Of a DNA stretch of 64,000 nt, positions 38,019 to 53,303 are shown piece by piece; the stretch's first letter is position 1, and each line of letters opens with the position of its first letter. Location: contig OX597827.1 in assembly GCA_951406725.2 (NCBI GenBank), positions 29,946,001 to 30,010,000 on the forward strand, in the 5' to 3' direction. The notes below the pieces were generated by a model that had not been told where the DNA came from, did no database searches, and saw nothing but the letters and a program-made list of their open reading frames with translations. A program made the translations under genes and the position numbers. Origin of the DNA: Octopus vulgaris (Eukaryota).

Positions 38019-38993
38019 TGTATGTATGTATGTGCGTGTGTGTATGTTTGTGTGTCTGTGTTTGTCCCCCCACCATCGCTTGACAACCGATGCTGGTGTG
38101 CTTAAGTCCCCGTAACGTAGCGGTTCAGCAAAAGAGAACGATAGTGTAAGTACTAGGCTTACGAAGAAGAAGTCCTGTGATCGATTTGCTCGACTAAAGG
38201 CAGTGCTCCAGCATGGCCGCACTCAAAATGACTGAAATAAATAATATATATATATATATTGGCGCAGGAGTGGCTGTGTGGTAAGTAGCTTGCTTACCAA
38301 CCATATGGCTCCGGGTTCAGTGTGTTTGTGTGTGTGTGTGTGTATCACGAGATCACATGATTGGCCCGACTACTGGACCTTGTTATGCATCGCTCATCAC
38401 AATACGCTTTACAATGTTGTTAACTTTCGAATGATGCCACTCCGCTGGTGAGGAGTGCAAACCAACATTTCCCCTCACCCGACCCCACCCTGATTGGAAA
38501 GTTAGTTCGCCGTAGGGTGACCCATTTACGGCTGAGAGGACTGGAACAACATCAAATGAAGCGTTTCGATCAAGAAAACAATGCACTGCTCGAACTGGAA
38601 ATTGAACCCGCGATCGCAAGAGCAACACTACCCACGCGCCTTTACTATGTGTGAGTGTTTGTACGTATTTTCATGTCTGTGTTTATACACACATGCATGT
38701 CTATGTGTGTATGCATGTGTGTGTATGTGTGTGGATTTATGTATACTCTTTTACTCTTTTCACTCTTTTACTTGTTTCAGTCATTTGACTGCGGCCATGC
38801 TGGAGCACCGCCTTTAGTCGAGCAAATCGACCCTAGTACTTATTCTGTCAGGTTCTTTTTGCCGAACCGCTAAGTTACGGGGACGTAAACACACCAGCAT
38901 CGGTTGTCAAGTGATGTTGGGGTGGGACAGACACAGACACACACACACGCACATACATACATACATACATACATACATACATACATACATACA

Positions 38994-39029
<36 letters not shown>

Positions 39030-39976
39030 TGCGACGGGCTTGTTTCAGTTTCCGTCTACCAAATCCACTCACAAGGCTTTGGTCGGCCCGAGGCTATAGT
39101 AGAAGACACTTGCCCAAGGTACCACGCAGTGGGACTGAACCCGGAAACATGCGTCTATGTGCATGTATGTGTGTGTGTGTGTGTGTATGGATGTATGTAT
39201 GTGCGTGTGTATGTATGTGTATGTATGTGTATGTATGCATGTGTATATGTATGTGTGTGTGTACGTATGTATGAGTGTGTATGTATGTGTATTTATGTAT
39301 GTGTGTGTCTGTGTGCACATATGGATGAATGTATGTGCGTGTCTATGCATGTGTATGTAAATATGTGTGTATGTATGTGTATTTATGCATGTGTGTGTCT
39401 GTGTGTTTAAGCAAGCGACAAACACACGTACACTCATAAACATAGATACACAAACACGCATACACACAAATGTTATATGCGTGCCTCCGTGTTTCTGTCT
39501 ACGCGTGTGTGTGCACATGCGCACGTACGTGCATGTATGTGTACATATTGTTGTGTATGATGTATGTCCAGCTTTAAATTAAAAACGAGGGCCCAAGTAA
39601 AATAAGACCTAACTTGGCGGTTGGATGAGTATAACAATGAGAAGTCGAGTGATACAGAAAGAGGCGACGGATGAAGATGGAAGAAATTCGTTGAAACGGG
39701 AGTAATTCTATTGAAATTTCTCAGTCCAAAGTAAATTCTTGACATAATTTTGACAATTATTGCAGACACACCCACATACATATATGTATATTTGTTTATA
39801 TATGTATACATGCATATCGACCCGTAACTGGGAAAAACACATCTTATGTGTGGGCTTTACAGGTCGTTATGCTCAAAAAATTCGGTCTTCAAAACAAAGT
39901 CTTGTGTGCTCCTGTGTGTAGGTGTACACATACATACATACATACATAAATATACATATATATATATAGATATATA

Positions 39977-40045
<69 letters not shown>

Positions 40046-40054
40046 ATATATATG

Positions 40055-40197
<143 letters not shown>

Positions 40198-40624
40198 TAT
40201 ATACACATATATATACATATAAGCATAAACACATATATATAATTATATATATATATATGTAATATATACATAAATATGACATTATTCTTTGAAACTTTTC
40301 AAAATGTTTCTTTGAACGTGAGGAGGTTTTCGCTTCCCAGAGCTTGTGCACAATCCCTTTAACATAGAACAAAGACACAGAAGAAAAGCAAAAAACAGAA
40401 ATTCTTCGTTGAGCAGAAATATATATATATGTATATATATTATTATTAATTCCAGTAGTGCCAAACCTGAGCATCTCAAAGAACTAAATGACATTGTTTG
40501 GAAAAATTTGAATTTAACTCAACCACGATTGAACTGTATAACTATTATTTTCTTAAATATCAAAATATTTAAAGAAATTAATTCGATTTTTCTTTCACTT
40601 TTAAGGAGAGAAACAGGCGCCATT

Positions 40625-40744
40625 ATGTTAAAACCAATGTTAAATATCAGAATTTTCTTGTTTCCATTTTTGGTACTTCTCGTGATAGTATTTTCTGTCA
40701 AAGAAACCATTGCAGTGCCTGTCGGCAAAAAAAATGTTTGTGAG
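40625..40744 (+). CDS. Coding exon 1 of secreted AA15-LPMO-like protein: signal peptide
   Basis: MLKPMLNIRIFLFPFLVLLVIVFSVKETIA-VPVGKKNVCE; donor GAG|GTAAGC, phase 0. An upstream acceptor (TTTTAAG at 40605) implies a 5' UTR exon. Confidence 0.75.
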
Positions 40745-41649
40745 GTAAGCAATTTTTTTTAACTTTTCATTAACCTCAATTCGATATGAACGATTATTCT
40801 TAATGTTGGACGACAGTGCCGCATATCAAACCACCCCATATGGTATCCAAAGGAATTTCATTCTATTAATCAGTGAAATTTATCTCGCCATGAAGAACGC
40901 CATAACCGTTAACTCGTCGATTTGGCGTTTCATTTCTCTGTCTTTTCTATTTCTTCAAAAACCATCTATTTCTCCTTCTCTAACTTAGAATAACTTCATC
41001 TAAAACCTGCCTGAAGTATTAGAGTGAATGGAGCATTGTGAGTGAATTGCACTTTGTGTCTTTGTTTTTTGGTAGAGTCATTTTGTCGTTCAAAATGCAC
41101 ATGCATTGTTATATTTGTATTTATACTAAAATTATCCGTTACACATTTATGATTTGATCATTAACATTGGATTTCTAGAACAAAACTCTTGCAAAGAACC
41201 TTCAACAAAAGAATATCTTAAATTTGCTTAGTCTTGTTTAAGTAAGACGTTGTGCTCCGAGATGAGTAGAAACGAAATATCGACATCGATATCAGGAAAT
41301 CTGAGTGAAAAAGCTAATTTGTATTCAAGTGTTCCGATTGTGTCTATGCCGTCTTTTTTCTTCATTTTAGGCATCTAGAGCTACGGTATCAAACTTGTCT
41401 TTCCAACGTATTCTTTGCGATTTAGTAAGAAACTTTTGTTTCGGGTATTCTTTAACCCAGGTTACAATTTTTGTTATATTTGAACCCTTTATATCCCTTT
41501 ATTTTTATTTCATTTGTAAATATATATTTTTTTGTGTGTGGATTTCATTAAGGAATAAGCAATTCCAATCACGCAGGTTCATGAGCATCCTCTCTCATTT
41601 CTTCTGCATATAACGGATCTGAAGCTCACTACTGTAATAGAAACACACA

Positions 41650-42520
41650 GTTCAAACTAGGACCCAAAGAGATGTGTACACATACGCTGTGATGTCACCA
41701 TAAGGGTGTCTGACACAACCGAATTAAAGGTGATCGGCATTGTTCTAAAGGACTACGAAATTGTGAGAGGGACAAAAATTAACATGGACAAATAGAGAGA
41801 CTGGTCCGTGTCAATTGCCTTCCATCTCTGAACATGGAGAGGCAAACTTGAGCAACGTGGGCCGCTTGACAGTCAGAGTGGCTAAACTGCTTGGGACCTG
41901 GTTCAGTCCGATCTTGACATCCAGTTGGGTAAAGATAGCTGTGGAGTTGCGAGAAAAATGCAGTTCTTCGTTGAGCAGTTGCCAAAACTGGGCGCCTGGC
42001 ATCTGGAATCTTATCAGACGCTCACAGCTCTCTACTAGTGAGGCAATACGGGTTGGGAGGGCTTTCAAATTTACAACTTATAAAGGAAAGAACAATGACG
42101 GACTTGATGGGAAAACTCTGGTCGTCACCGAGTTTGTCTAGCCAGCTCATACTAAAGTCTTTGGCCCCGGGTGCAATAGATGACTGCAGAAATCCTTACC
42201 TTGACAGTGCACCTGACAACATTACTGGTTCGAGATTAACTCTACTGATACGGAAATGCAGTCAGCCGGAAATGTCTGGGATACGCGGAAACTGACGAAA
42301 TCGTTTTGCACGCAGTATTTCAGTGTCCCAGCATTACTGACATGCAGTAGTATTATAAGTACAAACTTCATGTTGCATGCAGAAGAGATCTGGCTATCGA
42401 ATGGACTCTCTATAAAGATCGCTCCGCCGCCTTGTTTTGATCGAAGTGAGAAGTATTCACAAAACTGGATACGGTGGTCGATAAAATGATCAAGTGCTGC
42501 GATGCATGTAATCGACTGCA
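41650..42520 (+). mobile_element. Highly decayed Tx1/L1-like RT remnant (intronic)
   Basis: DYEIVRGTKIN.DK, VAKLLGTWFSP.L..SW and later segments parallel the element at 27-28 kb. Confidence 0.65.
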
Positions 42521-44294
42521 CTAACCGTCAAAAATGTATGCCCTGTACCTATATTAGAAGTTAATATAATTTTCAAGGAGGCCAATTGGAGGAACCGTTA
42601 GCTCGCTGGGCGAAATTCTTCACGGTACTTCGTTCAGCTCTACGTTCCGTCGAGGTCGACTTCGTCTTTCATCGTCGATATAATAGAACCAGTCGACCAC
42701 TGGGATCTATGTGATTGACTATCCTCCTCCTCCTCTTCCTCCAAATTTCCAGTCTTGTTCCTTATACTAGAAAGAGCTGGTAGAATCGTTAGCACGGTAA
42801 GCGAAATGCTTAGCGGGATTTTGTCCGTCTTCACGTTCTGAGTTCGAATTCTGCCGAGGCCGACTTTGCCTTTCATCCTTTCGGGGTCGATTAAAATACG
42901 TAACAGTTATGCACTGGGGTCGATCTAATCGACTTAATCCCCCTCCCCCACGCTGCCCTTGTGGCAAGAATTCGAACTCATTATTATTTTCGCCTCCCAC
43001 CACCAACCTTTATATACTGAATTCAAATTCCACCAAGACCAAACTTTGTCTTTTATCTTTTCTGAGTCGATTAAAATAAAGTACCAGACGATAGATTCGA
43101 CCAACCACATTCTCTCAAATATCGATAGCCTTGTGCCCAAGTCGAATTTGATCATATTTACACCATTTATCCGTGCCCACATAGAAAGGTCGGAATATTA
43201 TTCAGTGGACATAACAGACGATTCGATCGCATCCGTACATAGATCGGATCTGGCAAGGACAGAGCAAAGGAATTGGTCTAATTAATTATCTCCTTGCTGA
43301 TTAATCCGGTTAACTAATCTATATTCGGTATTATCATCACGCATTATTTTACTTTTGTAATTATTTCTAGCAAAGGATTAACCCCATGCAGTTAAAATCA
43401 AACTTTTATTTCTGATTTTAGTCCAGAGCTTTTGGGCCATTGCTGACTTTCACTCTGGCTTCATTTCTTTCTGTGGAATCCTGCGAAGCATTGGCCGGGA
43501 ACGGTGTTGCTTTTCAGTAAAGTTTGGAGTGAATTCGCGTGGCCTAGTGGCTAGGAGCTACACTCACTATCTTACGATAGTGGTTTCGATTCCAAAACCG
43601 GGCGGTGCGTTGTGTTCTTGCGCAAAAATCCTCATTTCACGTTGCTTCAGTCCACTCAGCTGTAAAAGAGGGCCAACAACAGCTGCAAAGTTAACCCTGT
43701 AACAGATCAGCGTCTCGTTCAATGGGGCGGAGAGTGTTATAATTTCAATCAAATACTCTTCACAGAAACTGGCTGAAGCTCCGAGTCCAAACGCTGATGA
43801 GAGTCCGAAGTTTAAGTAGTCTGAAACTCCGGTTTGATTTTATCCCTAGTTTGGGGCCATTTTTTAAATATTTCTCTTGTTTTGTGCTTATTTAAATCTC
43901 TTTCTTAAATGTAGTTTATTTCTAGGTTGTATTTTATTCATTTTTTTAGCGGGACACAGAATTTTGGAAGAATATTCCCTTATCACGCTAACCAAGTAAC
44001 TCCTAAGTATATTTCTGACCCTACGTTTTAAAAGTCTTTATTTGTATCAGGCCCCATCCTCCTTGTATACGGAACAGGTATATTCTACACACATAAGCTT
44101 TGGACTGTTGCCTTTGAAAGGCACTTACTAATTTCTCGTTTTGCTTTGTATTCTTTCTCTTTCTCTTTCTAACCTCTTCATTTCACTCGACTTCTCGTTT
44201 AGACTGAAATTGTAAATCACGACTGTATCTATTCCCGTTACCTTATTTGTCGTATTCAGTTTCACTTTGTTCATACGTGTGTGTGTGTGTGTAT

Positions 44295-44325
<31 letters not shown>

Positions 44326-45536
44326 TGACAACCGATGTGGTGTGTTTACGGCCTTGAAACGTAACGGTTCGGCAAAAGAAAGCTGATAAAATGAATACAA
44401 GGTTTATAAGAATATGTCCTGAGGCCCATTCGTTCGTCTAAAATTCTTCAAGACTGTGCCCCAGCATGGCCGCAGTCTCATCGCTGAAACAAATCAAAGA
44501 TAAAAGAAAGATAATATTCTCTTTTCTCCTTTATTTTGTACGTTGTATGAGTTTGTTTTTTTTTGTTTTTTTTTATCTGCTTCTAATTATTGGGTTGGTG
44601 CATAATTATTGCGGCTTTTTCCCCACCAAATTTTATTCAACAAAGACAAAAATAACATGTAACAAAAACATCTTTAAATGATTATTCCGGAGCATATTCG
44701 CCATCTACTTCAGTTACTGCTTCCCATTTGCTTGGCAGATGGTCAGACCATCATTTAAAGATATTTTTCATAGATATTGTTATTGTTTTTGCTGAATAAA
44801 AATTTGTCGAAAAAAAGCTCCTTACCACACGTCTACACCTGCGCTTGCCCAATGTTCCGATCTATTGTCCCTTTTTCTATTCTCTACTGCAACCACACTA
44901 AGGCACCAATTTAAAGGGTTTCGTCGAGCCAACTGATCTTTTTCTATCGAACTTAGGAAAGTTACGGTGCCGTTAACAAACCAACACCGGCTTGTCAAGC
45001 GGTGGAGGACGGACACAAACGCAAATACACATAGACACGCACATACACACACACACACACATATACATCCGACGGGCTTCTTTTAGTTTCCGTCTAGCAA
45101 ATCCATTCTTATGTAGGAGACACTTCCCCAAGGTGGCGTGCAGTGGGATGGAAACCAAAACCAACAGGTTGAGACTGAAGCTTCTTACCAAACAGCCACG
45201 TCTGGACAAAAAAGTTTAATGCAAGTTTTATTTTATTTTATTCTCTTGCGTGTTTCAATCATTTGACTGCGGCCGTGCTGGAGCACCGACTTTCGTCGAA
45301 CAAATCGACCCCAGGACTTATTCTTTGTAAGCCTAGTACTTATTCTATCAGCATCTTTTGCCGAATCACTAAATTACGGGGATGTAAACATACAAACATC
45401 GGTTGTCAAGGACAGACACCCAAATACATACATACATACATATATACATACATACATACACACACATACATACATACATATACACATACATACATACACA
45501 TACATACACACACATACATACACACACATACATACA

Positions 45537-45581
<45 letters not shown>

Positions 45582-47136
45582 ACACACACATACATACACA
45601 CACATACACACACACATACACACACATACATACACACACATACATACGCACACATACATACACACATACATAAACACATACATACACACATATATATATA
45701 CGACGGGCGTATTTCAGTTTCCGTCTACCAAATCCACTCACAAGACTTTTGTCGGCCCGAGGCTATCGCAGAAGACACTTGCCTCAGGTGCCTTTCAGTG
45801 GGACTGAACCCGGAACCATGTTGTTGGGAAGAAAGCTTCTTGCCACACAGCCACTACAACTCTTTTCCAGTTTTGTACTTTTTTACTTCCTATATACTTA
45901 TAAAACTTTTATTGCTTTTTTCTTTTTTTTTAATTTCATTTGTCACTTTTACAGCTGCCTTGTAACTTCTTCACAAAGAATTTATCAGATATTCCAATGC
46001 CAACTTCCGTTCTTCCAATACTTATTACATTACACACGTTAATAAGAATTGTCATAAAACGTTGAACACAATTGAGATTTCTTTCGCTTCTTAATTTCCG
46101 GCTGTAAATAACAGCTAATGTTATTTACGTTAAATTCACATCAATATATCCACTAACTTGTACAGAAAGTTTTCACTAGATATTATTCTATCGCCAAAGA
46201 GACCGACCGTATCAAAACTAAATATAGCGAATTAAGGAACAAAATTGACAACACTAAGGTGTTCGCAAGGATGCTTTTAGAAAATAGAACCCCTTGAAGC
46301 AGTAATTAGAACGTGGTCAAAGGGGATCGAAGTAAAATAAGAACAGAACAAAGGGGTCATCTAACCACCGCCAGGATTCCAGATATTTCAGGATCCTTCA
46401 TTTAAGTAAATTTGTTGCCTATGCGAGTTGTTATAGGAAGAGAGAAGAACTACACACACAGATCACCGATTCGAAATCTACTTGAAGGTGCTACTTATCC
46501 CAGATATGAATCCCTGATCCCGACAGAATATGGCAGAATGACAGAATACTTGAGTGGAAATCCCATCAAATGATAACGTCGAGAATCCTATGGAATGAAT
46601 AAAATATAAAAGGTTTTACATAGTGCAATCTGCCCTTTACATACATTTGGATGTTTACAAATGCACTGGTATCGCCTATTAAAATATATCTCGATATATG
46701 TCAGAATAAAGAAATTATGGTTTCTGTCCATACCTTCATTAGAATTAATGTAAGTGACGTATTTAAGAAGCCATATTTATAAGTCATCCGCCATTAGGCA
46801 CTATCAATCACTTTAAGTATCACCATTTATCAAGATATTATTTAAAAAGAAGGCGGCGAGCTGGCAGAATCGTTAGCACGCCGGGCGAAATGCTAAGAGG
46901 TATTTCGTCTGCCGTTACGTTCTGAGTTCAAATTCCGCCGAGGTCGACCTTGCCTTTAATCCTTTCGGGGTCGATAAATTAAGTACCAGTTACGCACTGA
47001 GGTCGATGTAATCGACTTAATCCGTTTATCTGTCCTTGTTTGTCCCCTCTATGTTTAGCCCCTTGTGGGCAATAAAGAAATAAGATGTTATTAAATGATT
47101 TCAGAGCCACAGTCCATATAGTCTTGCTAACTGCAG

Positions 47137-47530
47137 GGTGGAGGCGCAATGGCCCAGTGGTTAGGGCAGCGGACTCGCGGTCATAGGATCGCGGTTTCGA
47201 TTCCCAGACCGGGCGTTGTGAGTGTTTATTGAGCGAAAACACCTAAAGCTCCACGAGGCTCCGGCAGGGGATGGTGGTGATCCCTGCTGTACTCTTTCAC
47301 CACAACTTTCTCTCACTCTTACTTCCTGTTTCTGTTGTACCTGTATTTCAAAGGGCCGGCCTTGTCACTCTCTGTTTCACGCAGAATATCCCCGAGAACT
47401 ACGTTAAGGGTACACGTGTCTGTGGAGTGCTCAGCCACTTACATGTTAATTTCACGAGCAGGCTGTTCCGTTGATCGGATCAACCGGAACCCTCATCGTC
47501 GTAACCGACGGAGTGCTTCCATAAAAAAAA
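47137..47530 (+). mobile_element. tRNA-derived SINE family C
   Basis: GGAGGCGCAATGGCCCAGTGGTTAGGGC..GGTTTCGATTCCC head with A tail. Related copies at 59883-60078, 56836-57020, ~43535-43780 and ~38380-38640(-). Confidence 0.85.
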
Positions 47531-47631
47531 AGCTAACTGCAGGTCTTTGTATATGTGATAATGTCGTCCATAGTTTAATATTTCAAATATTTCTGTATTT
47601 CAGCCATTCATGTATGTCTGTTCTCTTCTAG

Positions 47632-47920
47632 GTATTCTCGAACCATACTGTGATGCTGAAAAATTCAACAATAATTTACTCAAGTGTAACAAACACACTA
47701 ACTTCATCTTTCCCACTGAAAGACTCATTTCTGTTCACTCTGGAACATTACATATGTCCAAGGAAAGATGACCGCACACCAGCCACGCAGGAATGTTTCA
47801 TGAAACACCCAATGAAGCTGACCCATATTACATACACAACTGAAGCTCTCATAGGCATCGTAATTCTTCCATCAGATATGGACTGCTCACACTGCGTGGT
47901 ACAATGGATCATTGAACCAG
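47632..47920 (+). CDS. Internal coding exon: AA15/chitin-binding type-4-like core
   Basis: Acceptor TTCTCTTCTAG| (phase 0) and donor CAG|GTAAAT (phase 1). Encodes ICPRKDDRTPATQECFMKHPM..LPSDMDCSHCVVQW, matching the AA15 LPMO motifs CP..D...TQECF..HPL and LP....C.HCV.QW. Confidence 0.85.
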
Positions 47921-49994
47921 GTAAATATACGTATTGACCGCACACCGTTATATCTTTCGCAGTTTCTCTTCTCTTATAAGGTGACGAGCTGGCAGAAACG
48001 TTAGCACGCCGGGCGAAATGCTTAGCCGTATTTCGTCTGTCGTTACGTTCTGAGTTCAAATTCCGCCGAGGTCGACTTTGCCTTTCATTCTTTCGGGGTC
48101 GATAAATTAAGTACCAGTTGTGTACTGGGGTCCATCTAATCGACTTAATCCGTTTGTCTGTCCTTGTTCGTCCCCTCTGTGTTTAGCCCCTTGTGGGTAG
48201 TAAAGAAATAGAAATAGGTATTTCGTCTGCCGCTACGTTCTGAGTTCAAATTCCGCCGAGGTCGACTTTGCCTTTCATCCTTTCGGGGTCGATAAATTAA
48301 GTACCAGTTGCGTACTGGGGTCGATCTAATCGACTGTCTCCATCCCCCAAAAAAATTTCAGGCCTTGTACCTAGAGTAGAAAAGAGTATATTTCCTACAA
48401 TCAAAGCAGCAGCCGACAGAAGCGTTAGCACGCCGGACGAAATGGTTAGCGGTTTTTCGTCTGTATTTACATTCTGGGTTCAAATTCCACCGCGGTCGAT
48501 TTTGCCTTTCATCCTTTCAAGGTTGATAAATTAAGTACTAGTTTCGTACTGGGGTCGATCTAATCGACTGGCCCCCATCCATCAAAAAATTTCAGGCCTT
48601 GTCCCTAGAGTTGAAAAGAATTTCTCTTCTGAACCAATAAGGTATCGAAACTGAAGTTTAACTTTATCAATTTACACCTTTTCCTTTGGAATCGGTGTGT
48701 CACTGGGCACAAACAAACAAAAATAATAAAAAGATTATTCTGTGGACAGGCTAAAATGTATAATGTTTGTGAAATATGTGTCTATCGTTTCTTGAAGTAC
48801 GTTTTTTTACTTTTTTATTTATTTATTTATTTTGGTCTTGAACTATTTTTCTCCTACCTCATTTGCATGAAGAATATGTATCAGAAATTTTGATAAAAAT
48901 TACCTGAGATTCTTTATGTGGTTAATAATACAATTTATAGACCCAATTTATGAAAACTTAATACAAATTTGACAAACGGTATTATTTTATTACAAAATAA
49001 ATTTTGAAATTTCAGCAGATTTGCAATTATATAATTGTAATAATGGTTTGTTTCTGTTTAATTTTTTCATCAATGAGTTCTAATTCTTAACTTATAAACA
49101 TAATGCAAAGCTCTAAGTAGCGACATTGGTTCTGAATAGCAATCGTTATGGTAATTCAAATATTTAAGTTTCAACAAATCTACTGAACGAAGAAAAATCC
49201 GGCAATGTTTTTTATGTTCGTTACTTACATGGTTTACTTCTCCACTCATGCGCAGGAGTGGCTGTGTGGTAAGTAGCTTGCTTACCAACCACATGGTTCC
49301 GGGTTCAGTCCCACTGCAAGGCACCTTGGGCAAGTGTCTTCTACTATAGCCTCGAGTCGACCAAAGCCTTGTGAGCGTATTTAGTAGACGGAAACTGAAA
49401 GAAGTCTGTCGTATAAAAAATCCCGTCAGAATAAGTACTAGGCTTACAAAGAATAAGTCTTGGGGTCGATTTGCTCGACTAAAGGCGGTGCTCCAGCATG
49501 GCCGCAGGGAAATGACTGAAACAAATAAAAGAATTATAATTCCGTTCTCTAAATTTACCTTGATTATAAAAGCTTAACTTATCTCACACTGTGAAGTCTG
49601 TACAGGTAAAACCATAGCAGCTTTGCTTTATTTTTCTTTAACATAGATTCTTTAATGCGATGAGGTTTTCGATACAGTTCCATTGCACATCATCTTAGGC
49701 AAGAACCAGGAGTTATGGGCCTTTAACTTTTTGATGGAGTAGCAGGGACGCTATCTTAACATAACAACGTGCCTTTGGCATACCAAGATTGCCGGTATAC
49801 CAACGTCCTCCAGTACTTACAACATACGATTTCTTATATAAGAACAAATCTTATATAGGAACAATCTTATATAAGAACAAGAGACTCAGATACTCCTTCA
49901 GCGTCAAATATACTAGTTAAGTTATAAAATAGAGAACATTCAGTAAGCCATATGCTATGATGCACCATATATAATACTATGTTAACTATATATA

Positions 49995-51287
49995 CGAGGG
50001 GCGTTCAATAAGTAATGCCCCTGACCCACTTCCCATTGCAGTAGAACAACGAAACTTAGCACAGTTATTAGTATTTTTCTACATAGGAACCACCCAGAGT
50101 TACGCATTTCTCCCATCGTTTGATGCAGCTCTGGAGACCATTTTTGTAGAAGACCCCCAGCTTGGTCCTCCAACAACGACGTGACTTCAGAAATCAAGGC
50201 TGCATCATCTGTGAAACGCTTTCCCTTCAGAAACAACTTCATGGCTGGGAAGAGGTGAAAATCAGAGGGTTCAAGGTCAGGAGAGTAGGGGGGATGGGGA
50301 GGAGTTCATAGCCGCACGCCTGTGCTTCTGATCTGGCGACACGCGAGTTGTGGACCGGAGCGTTGTCCTGCAGGAGGAGGATGCCTTTTCTGATCTTGCC
50401 CTGCCTCTTGATTTTGATAGCTTCTCTTAATTTCCTCAAAAGTGAAGAATAATAGGCTCCTGTAATTGTGGTACCCTTTGCCGGGAAATCTGTCATCACT
50501 ACTCCGTCCTGGTCCCAGAAGACTGAGCATGTCCTTGCCAGCGAAGGGCTGCACCCTTGCCTTCTTTGGAGGAGGTGAGTCACGGTACTTCCACTGCATT
50601 GACTGGGCTTTGGTCTCTGGATCATAGTGATTGACCCAGGTTTCATCCTGTGTAATCAGTCTTTTGAAAAATTTGACTCATCTTCTTGGCACATCTCCAA
50701 ATTCATCCTCGAGCACTCGACGCGTTCTTGCTTCTGGAAAGGTGTGAGTAACCTGGGAATCCATCTGGCAGACACCTTTTGCATATGCAAATGGTCATGA
50801 ATGATAGTTTCCACAGACCCGGTACTAATCTTGACCTCATGGGCTATTTGGCGAATTGTTATGCGTCGATCTTCCAAAATGGCAGCCTCAACTTGACGGA
50901 CAGATGCCTCATCAATGGCAGAAGGAGGGGGGCGACCAGATCTGGGAGCTGTTTCCACAGAGTTCCGACCATGTTTGAATTCACGATGCCAGGGTTTTAC
51001 AAGGTCATATGATGGGGCATCATCACCATAAGTTACTTTCATTTCATCAAATGTCTCCCGTGGTGTGCGTCCTTTCTAATACAAAAACCGGATCACTGCT
51101 CGACACTCAACAGGCTCCATTTCACACTTGACTCAGTTCAAACACCTGTAAATCAGAAACCACAATTATTTCAGAGCTGTAATTTGCCACTTAATCTATA
51201 GAGATATAAATAATTGCACAGACAAAATTTCAGCTAGATCAAACAACTGCAAGTGGGTCAGAGGCATTACTTATTGAACGTCCCTCG
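49995..51287 (-). mobile_element. Full-length mariner (DD34D) element with frameshifted transposase, intronic
   Basis: TA-flanked TIRs CGAGGGGCGTTCAATAAGTAATGCC / GGCATTACTTATTGAACGTCCCTCG; ATG at 51120; WIPRLL, QDETW, LLQDNAPVH and YSPDLEPSDFHLF motifs. Confidence 0.95.
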
Positions 51288-51610
51288 TAATTATAAGTAA
51301 AGTTGACTTTATATAATTATGCATTATAAAAGACACTACTCTTTGTTTCACAGTGAAACATGCCTGTTTTATAACAATATGGCCTTGCGTTAAAACCCAT
51401 TGCACGGATCCTTGGGCATGCGTTTTCTACCCATTAATTTCAGATCGAGTAAATCCTTCAGTCATTTACCTAAGCAGTGACATAACATTTGTCTATAATG
51501 TTATAAATTAGCGCTCCTAAGGTTTAAAATCAATCTTTTGCAGGAGCAAAAGTTTCAGAGACACCATCTACGCGAAAGACACTCGTAAAGTTTGTGTTGA
51601 GATATGATTA

Positions 51611-51812
51611 CGTTGGTGCATAAATAATTACTGCGGCTTTTTTTTTTCAATAAATTTTATTCAGCAAAAACAGTAACAGCATTTAACAAAAACATCTTTA
51701 AATGATTATTCCGGCGCATATTCAACATCTACTTCAATTTCAGCTTGGCGTTTTGCTTAAATTGTTTATTGTATAAAATTTATTGAAAAAAGGCCCCAAT
51801 AATTATGCGCCA
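51611..51812. mobile_element. Mariner-derived MITE (related copy ~44588-44815)
   Basis: Imperfect inverted ends GGTGCATAA..GCGGCTTTTT..CAATAAATTTTAT / ATAAAATTTATTGAAAAAAGGCC..TTATGCGCC. Confidence 0.65.
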
Positions 51813-51909
51813 CAGGCAACAGTAAAGTGGAAACGAACGACGATCGCTTACAATCACAACGCGACGTCAAGACATGGAACAAATGGCACACTCAGACACA
51901 CACATATAT

Positions 51910-51973
<64 letters not shown>

Positions 51974-52527
51974 GACAAACTTTGGAAGCGCCGGATATTT
52001 TGGCATCTCACAGTCAAGAAAGTAAATATCGAACTCGTAGTGTAGCTGTGAAAACATCAGAGAAGAATGGGTATTTGCATACTTGGGTATTTGGGTGTTT
52101 ACCCTTAGAAGGCGGGAAAAATGTTGCCGGCAACTTTTTTCCGTCTTCTAACAGTAAACACCCAAATACCCATTCTTTCTCTGATGTTCTCACAGCTGTA
52201 CTGCGCGTTCGAAATTTACTTTCTTCTGTGTAATAAATATATATATATATAGCTATAACCATACATACATGCACATACACACACATACACACATATACTC
52301 TTTTACTCTTATACTTGTTTCAGTCATTTGACTGCGGCCATGCTGGAGCACCGCCTTTAGTCAAACAAATCGACGCCAGGACTTATTCTTTGTAAGCCTA
52401 GTACTTATTTTATCGGTATTTTGTCAAACCGCTAAGTTACGGGAACGTAAACACACCAGCATCGTTTGTCAAGCGATGGTGATGAGAGAAACACAAACAC
52501 ACACACACACACATATATATATACATT

Positions 52528-52915
<388 letters not shown>

Positions 52916-52917
52916 TG

Positions 52918-53068
<151 letters not shown>

Positions 53069-53303
53069 GTGATGGACTTCCGCAGTTTCTGTCTCCAGAT
53101 GTATTCACCAATCATTGTTTAGTCCCCGTAGCTATAGTGGAAGACACTTTCCCAAGGTGCTGTCGAGTGCGATTGAACTCGAAACGTGCTTGTTTAGTGA
53201 CGAAGCATAGTGAATGTTGTTTAAAGCCTAACACTCGAATAAAAGAATGCCGTGACAAGCGTAATTTTACTGGTTATTTCTTTCTTTTCATTTTCTATTC
53301 TAG

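Noticed and set aside
41179-41241. Alternative exon after TTTCTAG
   Set aside because: The in-frame reading hits TAA before a usable donor.
43788-43838. CTGATGA..GAAAC hammerhead-like core
   Set aside because: Stem II and stem I/III do not pair convincingly; at best a decayed copy.
47137-47215. tRNA gene
   Set aside because: A/B boxes are present but run into a SINE body repeated elsewhere; no proper acceptor stem.
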